A program made the position numbers and the translations under genes. A stretch of DNA of 63,452 nucleotides, the filler included, from Welwitschia mirabilis (taxonomy: Eukaryota): assembly GCA_051453625.1 (NCBI GenBank). It is 8 parts of one record of this genome, joined end to end, with 100 filler letters (N's around TTAATTAATTAA, not from the genome) between each part and the next. Parts side by side here need not be neighbours in the genome. Positions count along the whole stretch, not along the records: positions 16,229 to 39,329 come from JBOZIK010000001.1; 7 more parts are not named here. The stretch is one strand, 5' to 3'. The notes beneath the pieces are model-generated. The model was not told where the DNA came from and did not search any database. It was given only the letters and a program-made list of their open reading frames with translations. Below, piece after piece: positions 27,225 through 39,429 of the stretch. Position 1 is the first letter of the stretch; the number at the start of each line of letters is the position of its first letter.

Positions 27225-28820
27225 TGTTCTTAGTATTTTAGTAACTAAAGATGAAAATCAACAATGTAAATGATAACTGGAATGCAATGCAAGGGAAATA
27301 AAATGTAGTGTCCCAAATGTAATTAATTAACTAATTTACTAACTTCTTATTACTAAAGTTAGTCCTCATCCTCTATAATAATATCAAATTCAATCTATAA
27401 TAGTATTAAATTGGCATCGACATAAAGTATAAGGAAAATAAATAGAGACAATTTGAGAAGAAGCCCACTTGATTTTATTACCAATTGCACTTCAAATGCA
27501 TCCACTTATAAATAACAGTTCCTCAATGGGGTAAACACAACCCAGTGCTAAGGATAACTTCTTTCACAACAGGATGAATCTCTTCTCAAAATACTCTAAT
27601 GTCATAAGCTATTTTAATGCAAGAAAGATGAAGAAATGGGATGCATAAATGTGTTTTTATCGTTTAGATAGGAAATAGATGGGTGGTTATAGTTGTTACG
27701 CTATTGTAAACAATGAAGAGTGGTTACAATATAAATTTTTTAATAGATGAAATGATTATTCATTGATTACAGACCATCATCCACCTAGGCTTTCTCCCGA
27801 AGAGCTAAGGGACTGACGTATCTAACTATCTATACCCAATGATCCACTAATNNNNNNNNNNCTTCGAATGTTGTTAGAATGTGCTTGTCTTCTTCCTTTG
27901 TCGATATGATTAGGGAGTGGACGATGCTTTAAAATCCTTTGTTTGGCACCCGAATAAAACCTTATTTAATCACCATATTGAGTTTATAGCTCTAAGGCAT
28001 CCTTGATGATAATGTTGGCTCTAGTAATCAATGCAAAGATGTTTGCTTGAAAGCTTATCATGCTATTAAACCTTATCATTATTGCATCACTTAATCTACC
28101 AATGCGGTCATGATGGATCATACTCAAAAACATCCAAAAAGAAATACAAATGCTAGAAAACTATGGTTTTTTAATTATTCACCACAACGAGTCATCTTTT
28201 GCTATAATTTTATTAAAAACATATTAAATAAGCTTGAAATATGCCCTAGAACAATGTCAAGTATAGCCAATTTAGCATGGCAACATAGCCTCCCACTTAG
28301 TATTTGTTAGTTCCTATCAAAGCAAGCTAGATCATAAGTAGCAACCCAAATTTACAAGCGAAAAAAGGTAAGTGAAAAGCCTCGGGTTTTAGAATTAATA
28401 GGTAGTTCTAATAAACATACAGGCAGCCAGAGCATTTAGTTGATGGTACCTCTATGCCTCTAGAGACTCGCAAAGCATTAAATCCAAACTTTTAAAAGGA
28501 AGTCACAAAATGATCATATTAGAGAGCTTCCTTTTAATTTAAAGATTTAGATTGTCAATCAAAACCCTTAGAAACACACTCATGAAAATAACCATAAGGC
28601 ATAAAAAGCTTTATTTATGCACTGGGCCTTTTTTTCATCATGTTTCTGATAATGATAACCCCCTACCTTCCAAAGTCTCAAGATTACCATATTTTCATAG
28701 ATCGGAGAAATTTTTATAGGATTCCTAATACCTTGAATGTTATCTCAATATTTCCATTTCTACTTGTTAGCATAGTTAGACTTGTTTTTGTATCTCCATA
28801 GTAATTACTATGGTATAAAT
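27225..28820 (-). mobile_element. Athila-like 3' LTR (~27225-28285) with PPT and adjacent internal fragment
   Basis: Minus strand …CTAAGTGGGAGGCTA|TGTTGCCATGC at 28300-28275 is the same PPT/LTR junction as at 14822. A candidate …AACA end lies at 27225. Confidence 0.6.
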
Positions 28821-30382
28821 TTAAAAAGAGAAGTTTTGGGGTTGGTTTTTCTTTTATGCGACGACCGTAGGATTTGCCTTTCGTTTAGCTTATTACCATC
28901 TTAAGCTAGAAGATAGTCGTCTTGTTGGGGATCGTTTACCTATAGCTATGGCATTCGTTTCAATTATAGTAATTTTCGCTGTTGAAACGATTAATGAACG
29001 CATAGAACTTGCCGCTCTGTTTCCTCTTTTAATGCTCGGCATTGGTCGCATTACGTACTAGAGGCTTTTCAACACTATTCATGTAGAAGTCAATAGCAAA
29101 CCACGTGAACATAATCGATAGCATTAAAGGGAGGACAGACATCACAGAAGCAGAGGAGGATCAAATGCTAAGGAAAAACAACACTTTATACAGCATTTAC
29201 AACACAAGGAGAGTGGGATCATGAAAATTAAAAATCATGGGTGGTTTTTGGGTTCCCAAAGATGATATACAATCCCATGGCCAATACCAAGAAGAAAAAA
29301 ATTGAGTGCATCAGCAGCAGTTGCAGACCCAGAGTCAGAGCACAAGGGGAGAGGGGAGAGTAAAAGGAAGGTGGTCAAGGAAGGGTGCCTCAAAGAAAAA
29401 AGGATCGAACACATGGCAGACACTGCAGAGGCACCGTCATCATCATAGTGTAGGGCACCAGAAGCGCTCAGCGAAGGCTATACAAGAGAGAAAAGAGAGG
29501 GTTCAAAGCACAAAAGAGGACACCAACAGGGATGCAGCACAGGCCAGATAGTGAGGAAGGAGCCGACGGATAGCGTGGCATAAGGCACACACTGGGATGG
29601 AGCAGGAAAATTGACGCTGACGGCTGACGCTAAAAAACATACGGAGCATCACAGTACTCGGTAAAATCGTCAAGGAATGGTGACGCAGGAAATTACACGA
29701 TGAGGCAGTGTGTCAAGAAGCTACATATGACATAGGCGAGTAGGACCTGCATAAAACTCAAATGTGTAGAAGAGAACGCGCGGGCGAGAAGCAATGAAAG
29801 ATGGTAGCACCATATCACAGGGCTCAGAAGGCAATGATGGTGGTGGCACAGAAGGCAATGAGCGCGGCGATGAAGACAACGGCATTGGAAGTGGATCGAA
29901 GGTAATGAAGGAGGTCATCCTTCCAAGAAATGTTCAGCCTCCTGAACAGCCATAGCCTTATAACATAATTCAAAGCTTCAATCATCGAAGAACGATCCAT
30001 CATTCTTGTGTCAACACCCCACTAATCATCTGCCGATAGCAGATTATTTCCTACTTGTCTGTCTCTGATTCCAAATGCGCAGTCGCCTACTGCACGCTAT
30101 TCTCTCTTGGAATTCAAACAGACATCACATGGATCGATTTGCATTGCTACTGGCATCTCACATGTGAATGTAAGCACGTGTTGGAATTAGGATTGCTGGA
30201 GGTGTATGTAAAAGCGAGAGTGGGTCTACAAGTGGCGGAATATCTTTGAGAATTAAAGATAGTCCTAAGATAGATGTGCATTAGATGCACTATGGTGGAG
30301 GGAAAGCCAACTGACAGAGAAAGATGAGAAGGCCGGATGGCATCAAAACACAGTGTACGGCAAGAACGCGAGAAGCAAGATG

Positions 30383-33300
30383 CTGTTAGGGTGAACAGGA
30401 TGGCTCAGGGAAATTTTTACAATTTGAAAACTTAACAATTTATTAGCACAATCTATATTACCATTCAATTATTAACAATCTAAATTCTATTCAATTAAGA
30501 TGTTTATTTAAATAAATGACTATATATATCATAATTAAGCTTACGAAATTAATATAAATAGATAAACAATAAGCATAACAAAATAGAAAACAAGCACATT
30601 TTCCTTTATTTTCAATGCAACCATCAACTGCACATCATTGAGAGTTTGTGATAGTCCTCCACTAATACAACAAGATTTTGCGGCAATCCTTAGGCTCAAT
30701 TACAAGCCAATTCCCTTGCTTGTAGTCACAATGCAATGCAAATTGATAATATGAAAATTGAAGTACAGAAGATAGAGAGTATGATCATAATTAAACCCAA
30801 TTAACAATTTTGGCAAAAAGGTTTGAATTCATACAATAGTCCAATTATATATAGAAGATATTTTTTGGATTTTGTAGGGCACTAGGGCCAATGAATTTGA
30901 CTGTTAGGACCTTTAAAAGGGCTGGTTTGCATCCCTAATATAGTTTGCAATGTGTGTTAATAGTTCACAATGGATACTAACAATTAACTTAGTAGTCGAC
31001 CCCTATGAGCTGGCAGTCGATCCCTCTTGATACATTGATGTTCTAAAGATTAGGCAATCAACTTTAGACCTGGAGCCAGTGGACCCCTGTTATTATATTT
31101 CTGGTTATTTCATTAGGCAATTAATCCCTTGAATTCTTGGTTAACCCAAGCGATCGACCCCTTATTGAGTTGAAGACTTTCATGAAAGTAATATGCAGTT
31201 GACCCTTTAGAGAATGTTGGTTGATCATCTAGATAATTTATTCTTCTTCAATTATTTGATAAGTCCTGATTCACTTAATGATTTATTTAACTTCATCATG
31301 ATTTACATGAAATATGATTTATACTCTAGGTTAGCTCTAATTAACATCTGAGATTGATCTACAATCATGCTATTTCATTAGATCATAAGATATTATTTGA
31401 GGTATTATAAATAGACAACTGAGAGGTGTAACAATATCCTAGTTTTTTATTGACAACAACCAAATTAATGTTTTTTTAATTCTCTTAAAATGATGCTCCT
31501 TTTAAGTGAGTACTTTCCCTAGTTACATAGATTATTCTAATGAAATAATTTTGTACATGAACTGGATGTTGAAAGATAAATGTCAGAAAATTCTTACCTT
31601 GAAGTTGAAATAATGTTATCAAATAACTACAAGCTGTAACAAAATCTATGAGACTAACANNNNNNNNNNNNNNNNNNNNNNNNNNNNNNNNNNNNNNNNN
31701 NNNNNNNNNNNNNNNNNNNNNNNNNNNNNNNNNNNNNNNNNNNNNNNNNNNNNNNNNNNATTCTAATGAAATCATTTTGTACATGAACTAGATGTTGAAA
31801 GACAAATGTAAGAAAATTCTTACCTTGAAGTTGAGATAATGTTATCAAATAACTACAAGTTGTAACAAAATCTATGAGACTAACAAATAGACATGGTATC
31901 ATAATTAAAGCAGGTTTGTAACTATAAATCATCGCACAATATAATAGTATAATAACATTAGTATAATAACACGCAATAACATTTTTTCTCTTTTCCTTTA
32001 TCATCAATGATATGGGAGCTATAAACTAAATAAAAACAATTAACTAAAATAAAAAGCACAGACTCTAATCAAAATCATATGAGGATGATGTGCGATGATA
32101 GAAACCATGACTAACAATGCCCTGAGATAATCCTGTAGGGGATGGACAAGTAGACATGATAGTTGAAGAAGAAGCCGATAGAATGGAAATGGATCCTTGT
32201 GAAGTGGTGATGCCAATGAACCTAAATTAGCATTTTATGTACTAGAATGAAGCTCTAAGTCCACATCACGATGAAGAAGCCTCCTATGGAGATGCAAGAT
32301 GAGATGGTAACAATGAAGCCTCTATCTGCTTAGGTGGTTGAGTAGGTGTCTTCTAGTTGTCTCCTCCTCCTCTTCCTATGAATGCTCTTTCTCCTCTTCC
32401 TCCTCAAAATCATCTTCTTTTACTAACCTCTCTTCATCTTCTTACTTCTTGATTGATTCATCCTTTGAATCTACTACCTTTAGAGCCTTCTCTTCCTTCT
32501 CTTCTACTAGTTTCTTTTTTTCTTCCTCTTCCCCTTCCTCCCCACCTAGAAAGTCTAATGGAGATGTGGGAGAGGGTGTGGGAGAGCAAGATGGTGAGGA
32601 TGATGGAATATAATAAGACTCTAGAATCTATCTAGCCCTCCTTATCTCCTCTAAATGGTATAGTACCTACTACTATGGTTATTTTTGCTCTAGTATGGAG
32701 TGAAGTAAGAAGGTCCATCGTTAGATTTGTAGGCCCTCTAGAACATGTAGCATAAGAATGAGAAGCTAAATAAGATGCATGAAAGGACTCTGTGCCTCTA
32801 TCGTGTGAGGTTTTCTGAGTAGGAATTATCTCAAACAAATGCATGTGAGCTAATGTAGAATAGTTAAGAGGCTAGGAAGGTTTGAGTATGGTTATGTTGT
32901 GGTGGCACAACCCCATATTGAAGTATCCTCTTCTTAAATTAAATAGTATGCACTAAAAATTTAAAGATAATAAGAGGTGCATCAATTTTTTGCTAAGAAT
33001 ATAACTAGTAAAAAAACCTAATTCTATAAAGTATGATGTCATCCCTGTGTCCATTAAGAGGAAGAAGGATGTACNNNNNNNNNNNNNNNNNNNNNNNNNN
33101 NNNNNNNNNNNNNNNNNNNNNNNNNNNNNNNNNNNNNNNNNNNNNNNNNNNNNNNNNNNNNNNNNNNNNNNNNNTAAAAAAACCTAATTCTATAAAATAT
33201 GATGTCATTCCTATGTCCATTAAGAGGAAGAAGGATGTATCCAAAAATCAAGCATAGGACATAGTACAATGATATCAAGTGTTTAGCTCTAAAGGTGATC

Positions 33301-36300
33301 AAGGAATTTCAATTGAAATCAACATCATAAAGATCTAATGCATGCTAGAAATGCTAACGGGAGTTAAATATTAAAAATGGTAGATTAGAAACACCATTAT
33401 GATGGATATAGAGAACTTGAGCAATCATGTTTGGTGTTATCCTAAAATTGACACTTAAGATCATGATCTTTAAAATTGAGTCATGCATGAGTATAATCTT
33501 AGCAATGTCATAAAATAACTTAATCACCTTCATAATCACCTTTGGAAAATGTGTTAATAATGGCTCCCACTCTTGGTACTCAAAGATTTACTCCACTAGA
33601 AGGTGAAGAGATTTTAATGTGGCTACTTGGATATCTCTGTCTCTGAGCATAATCTTGGATTTAAAATATATGTCAAAGTACATCCATTCTTATCCATCCA
33701 TATAAATGAATATATCAGCCTATCTAGATGTAGAGGCTTTAACCTTTTTCCCTTTTGCATAGCATAAGAATCTAGTGGTCATCTGTACTTAAAGCATACT
33801 ATTAAAACCACTGATAAAAATATAACATTATGGATATAATTTTAACAATTTAAAGGATGTAAGTAGAAAGTGACACAACACGTAACATATGATGATAAAA
33901 TACCATTAAATATATTAATTTGAATTCTACTTGAAATATGAAATTGAATATAACAAGATTAAGAAAATAAGTATTCAAATTGTTCCACACATGAAAACGG
34001 AAGAATAATGAAATACATGTGATCAAAATGATGAAGTAAGTGCCTCATTAGAACTTAAATGATTACTCAGGAAATTTAACATTTTCCTTTTAAAAAAGAT
34101 CATTCAAAAAGAAAATAACTGAAATGCTTTGGAAATTCATGAAAAGAGGTTAAAAATTTGGAAAAACTAATGTAAATTTAGCTAAAGAAAGTGCGATATA
34201 GGGAATCAAAACTAAAATGAAGTGAAAATGAATAAAGAAATGACATACTAAAAAAATAAAAATTTCTAAATAAGAATTTAAACATACCTATGAAACTAAG
34301 ATCCTTTGAAATGCTAATTACTAATTAAAATTTTTTAATCAAACTTAAAAGGCATTGGAGGATGAAAAAGAATGATCAAAATGGATACATGAAATGAGAA
34401 CCTCAACCTTGAATCTATAGGACTGCATGAGTTGACAAGAGATGATTGACTCCTAGGGTTTAGACAATCATATTTTAAAGAGATGAAAGCTAAATTAATT
34501 AAGGGTGATCAACCTTAGATGAACATAGGTCAACTAGGATAGTTGATGTCCTAAGAATAAGGTCAACTAGTTGAATACTGATACACATAGCATAAAATGT
34601 GTTCGACCGCATATGTCATCCACTAGGATCAACCTCATCTAATAGTAGGTCGATCCGTTAAGAAATCTATTAAAGAAAATTTAATCTATAATATAGAATT
34701 CTAAACTGCGAAAAAAAGGATAGTTAAAATTGAAAAAGCTGAGGAAGAGTATAGGGACAAGACTCAGAAGAGAAGAGATGAAGATTTAAAGAGTTCAAGG
34801 ACAAGGATCTAAGTTTAATAATTTATGGAGTAAAGTAAAATATCCTTGAAGAAGGGGTTTTATTAGAATATAAGCTAGTTAATGATTAGAAGGAACATCC
34901 TTAAGTTTGATATCCTTAGATTCTACATGATCTCTAATGAATTAATGATGTATATCAATATGTTTAGTTCTAAAATAAAGGACAGGGTTCTTGAAAAGAT
35001 TAATGGTGTTAGAGTTTTCATAAAAGTTTGGAGTTTTTCTTTCATAAATATTAAGATCTAGTAAAGCATGTTGAATCCATAAGACTTGAGAAACATAACT
35101 AATAGTTTCTACATATTTATTTTCAATAGTGAATAAAGCTATAGAATTTTATTTCTTTTAAGCCAAAATTACTAGACAAGATCTATGAAAAAATTATAAC
35201 CCCTAGTGCTTTTTCTATTATGCCTAGAACTAGCCTAATCAGCATCACAAAATGTAAATAAATTTAAAATAGTATTTCTAGAAAAATAAATGTTATAGTT
35301 TAAGTTTCTTTTACATACTTGATAATACATTTTACAATTGTTAGGACTAGTTGTTCTAAAGGAAAGGGATGAATAGATAGCTTAGAAAAATTTTTATAAT
35401 TTGAAAACTTAATAATTTATTAACATAATCTACACCACTAATTAATTATCAATAATCTAAATTCTATTCAAATGAGCTAGCTATTTAAACAAATGACTAT
35501 AGATATAATAATTAAGCTCATGAAATTAACATAAATAGATATATCCATAAGCATAAAAAGATATAAAACAAGCTTATTTTCTTATATTTTCAATGTAACT
35601 ACCAACTACACATTACTAGGACTTTACAGTAATTCTTCACCAATATAATAAGATTTTATGACAATCCTTAGCCTTAATTAGAAGTAAATTCCCTTGATTA
35701 TAGTTACAATGCAATATAAATTGGTAGCATGAAGAGTGAGCTATAGAAGATAGAGAGTGTAATCACAATTAAGCCTAATTAGTAATTTTGAAAAAAAGGT
35801 TTAAATCCATACAAAGTTCAATTATATATAAAAGATTATTTTTGGCTATTGTAAAATCTAGAATAAACGAATTTGACTATTGAGACCTTTGAAATAGCTA
35901 TTCACATCCCTAGGATAGTATGTAATGGTTTCCAGTAGTTCATAATGAATATATTTACACTGATTGATAGCCTAGTAGTTGTCCCTATAAGCTGGTCGTC
36001 GATAGCTCTTAATATGTTGATGTTTTAAAGGCTAGGAAGTTGACCTTAGGTTTGGAGTTACTTAATCCCTATTGTTAGGCTTCTGGTTATTCCATGAGGT
36101 GATTAACCCCTTGAATTCCCAATTGAACCATGTGGTTAACTTCTTTGACAAAGGCAATAGTCCCCTTATTGACTTATTATGAAAGTAATATGCAATCGAT
36201 CCATTAGGGAATGTTGATTGACTATTTAGATAATTTCTTCTTTTTTAATTATTTGGTAAGTCCTAATTTATCTAATGCTTTATTTGAATTCTTCATGATT

Positions 36301-36423
36301 TACATGTAATCCAATTTATGCTATTAGCAATAATCAACATTCAATATTGATCTACAATCACTTCATTTCATTAGATCATAAGATATTTGATGTATTATTA
36401 ATAAGCAACTAAGAGGTGCCATA
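30383..36423 (-). mobile_element. Ty1/copia (Sirevirus-like) deletion derivative: 5' LTR ~35339-36423, RT C-terminus/RNase H ~34850-35335, extra-ORF region ~32100-33900, PPT, 3' LTR ~30383-31433
   Basis: Two ~1.05-1.1 kb direct repeats, roughly 80% alike by eye. Minus-strand copia RNase H motifs CDAD*ASSRHNRKSTRG, K*NSIALFTIENKYV, QVLWIQHAL, KNPVLYFRTKHIDIHH*FIRDHV and LAYILIKPL. A degenerate PPT lies next to 31433. No clear TSD. Confidence 0.85.
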
Positions 36424-39329
36424 CATAGGAGAAAAATGTAGTGAAGAGAGAAGGAAACGAAATGCATAACAGATAGAAAAATGCTAGTGTAAATAAAAAT
36501 AGTGTTATAGGAGAAAATTAGCCATTTTTAGAGCTAGAGGATGCTAGGAATGCAGTGAAAAAATAAGAAGAGATGAAGAAATGTAAGGACATTGTGAAGT
36601 AGGTAGTCATGTTAAAGAGGGATAAGAAAATAAAAATTCAAAACTTCAGATAAAGAAGAAAAGAACAGTAGCATAGCAAGAAAGATGAAAGGTAGGCATC
36701 TTAAGAGATAAACAAATCAAAATGGAGGATTAGGATAAGATAAGATAAGAAAGTAATCAAAAGGAGAGCACAGTGCCAAAATAGCAAAGACAAGTGTAGC
36801 CAATAGAGAAAAATAGAAGATACCAACAGTTAAAGGGGGGGACCATAAGAAGACTATGGGCAAGGCAGAGGAGGGATTGCACTAGGAAGACAAACAAGAA
36901 TAATCAAAATATAGGACACTCCAACACAAACATAGGAAGGGGAAAGGCTCTGTACTATGTATTGTGGGAAGTGGAAAGATTATAGAAAATATAATCAAAG
37001 AAGTTTCTAGGTTTTTATTATTCTTTACTTCTCAATTCTCTGTACCTCATATTCTAGTTTAATTAAAAGATTGTAGTAGTTTATAATGCTACTAACATAA
37101 ACAAACTTACTTCATTATGAAGGCTCATAACATTAAGCTTATTTTTAGGCCAATATTACTAACATGTTATCTATGAAGGTATTTTATAATCATATATGTG
37201 CATGCATGTGATGTTTTAGATGATATTTGCTTTGTGTATTTTATCTCACATGCATGCATTCATTACAAGTCCCTAATGATTAAAGAGTAGTAACCCATTG
37301 TAATGATAATGTCTAATGTAGTCTTTCATCATACAAATTATGGTTGTATTATTGAACATATCATGAATTATTTGGGTTTGCTCTTGGAAAGAGTGGAATT
37401 GTTTTCTTAAAGCTCCATGAACTTTTGAAATCTTAAGTATCTTGGAAGGATAAAACTAAAAATAGTTCTCCACCCTTATTTACTTGAAGAAATAAGACAC
37501 TTCTTATATTAATAAAAATGTGTGTATTTTAGAAATTTAAACTACACACACACATAAAAAAATAAATAAATAAAAATAAAGAGGAGGGAATCAAATTTAG
37601 TCAAGCATCCTCAACTTCAGTCAAATAAAAATAGTTAAGCTTAATCAAATTTAGTCAAATAAAAGTAGTCAAACTTCATCAAATTCAGTCAAATTAAAAT
37701 CATCAAACTCAATTAAATAATCAAACTTAATCACCATCAAGTTATCAATCTTGATTAAAACTTAGTTAAAAACTCAATCAAAATTGTTAAATTTAGTCAA
37801 AATCAGTCAAATAGTTAAAGTTCATTAAACTCAGTCAAACTATCAAACTTAGTTAGATTTAGTCAAATCAAAATCATTAAAATTAGTCTAAAAATTAGTT
37901 AAATGTAATCAAATCAAAATATTTAAACTTAGTTAAAAATTAGTCAAAAATAGTCAAATCCCATTATTAAAATAACATCAAACAAAACCTAATTGCATAT
38001 CACTGAGTGACATTTAAACTAATCCATTATTTAAAAAAAAATCTCATAAATAGTTTGGTACTAAGAGGAGAACCCTCTTCTAGGTTTTTCAATTTTTTGT
38101 TTGACCTTTTTAATTCACATTTTTCATCCCCTTATCATAATTTTAGAACAATCACAATTCTAGCTTTAATAAGAGGCACGAAGGCCTATGTTTCTAAGGA
38201 GATGTATAAACTCTTTATCCAAAAAAACCCTTCTACCATCGATGCATATGAGCTTCACATTATCATGAACTATAAAAACTACAAGGATTCATACCTTGTT
38301 CATCGTAATAGGGAATCTGTGCTATGGCATCTAAGAGGTTAGGGTTGACTAGTCAATAAAAGGATTAAATCTAGCATAATGAAATCCTGCCTAAAAGAAG
38401 TAATAATGAAGACTTCATTAATAAATGGTGCTATGAGAAAAATTTAGGAACCTCACTAGAACCATAAGCATAAGGCCCAAAGAAGTAGGCTAATGATAAT
38501 AGCCTATTCAAATACTCCACACATAGAGAAGAACCACCTAAAAATAGACAAACTACATATAGGACTCTTTATCAACTTGATTTGAGCACTATCTATGAAG
38601 CTATTAACAACTTAAAACAAGGTATTTAGAATAAGAAAATCTATTTAGAATATGAATTTTGTGACACCTTGATACCCCTCTTTATTCCTTGTAAAATCCT
38701 CATAACAAACGTAATGCCAAACTTCAAAAGGTTTACTAGCATAGAAGACCCCATCATGCACATCAGAAATTTCAAACACATGTCTCATATGTATAACATT
38801 GATTGAAACACCACATGTCATATTTTATCACTCTTTAAAAAGATAATCTCTCCAATGGTATCATCATATACCTACTCACATTGTTATAGGTTTAAAATGA
38901 CTTTTAGAAATATTTGTCCAACATTATTCAATTAATATCTTAAAGAGTATAACCTTGGACATTCTTACCATCATGCAACAATAGTCCAATGAGATTGTAC
39001 AAAAGTATGCACATCAATAAAGAGTCATCACACTATATGAGGAGATTTCCATTGTAAACTTAAACATGATGTATCATTTTACCAAGTCATGCATGCCATA
39101 TGTATTTGAACACCTAAGGATGTAGCACTTTAAGAATTTTGAACAAGTTGTTACTCTAGCCAAGAAGATAAAAACTATAAGAGAAGAAAAATAAGCTATA
39201 CAATATGGTAATACATCCCAAAATAAATCATCTAAAAAGAATAATAATAATAACACTATATGTGGTAACACAAAAAATGTTAGTATCGTTAATCAACCAA
39301 TTCAACTAGTTTATACATCACAATTGATA
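36424..39329 (+). mobile_element. Second copy of the Tat/Ogre-like element: probable LTR/leader followed by gag
   Basis: 38658-39329 aligns with 1-672 (gag) at roughly 90%+ identity by eye. The upstream region is non-coding and repeat-rich. The LTR end and PBS could not be fixed. Confidence 0.7.
37590..37960. repeat. Degenerate ~10-bp tandem repeat (TAGTCAAA/AATCAAAC) containing ~11 AGTCAA (W-box TTGACT on minus)
   Basis: AGTCAA at ~37599, 37619, 37653, 37667, 37686, 37795, 37805, 37833, 37861, 37942 and 37953, plus AGTTAA deaminated variants. Confidence 0.8.
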
Positions 39330-39429
39330 NNNNNNNNNNNNNNNNNNNNNNNNNNNNNNNNNNNNNNNNNNNNTTAATTAATTAANNNNNNNNNNNNNNN
39401 NNNNNNNNNNNNNNNNNNNNNNNNNNNNN

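Noticed and set aside
32338..32613. Ser-rich 91-aa ORF
   Set aside because: It is the antisense reading of a Glu/Asp-rich low-complexity part of the copia extra-ORF region.
29082..38238. Candidate Tat LTR termini TGTAGAAG…CTTCTACCA
   Set aside because: Imperfect inverted match, no PBS follows and there is no second LTR for confirmation.
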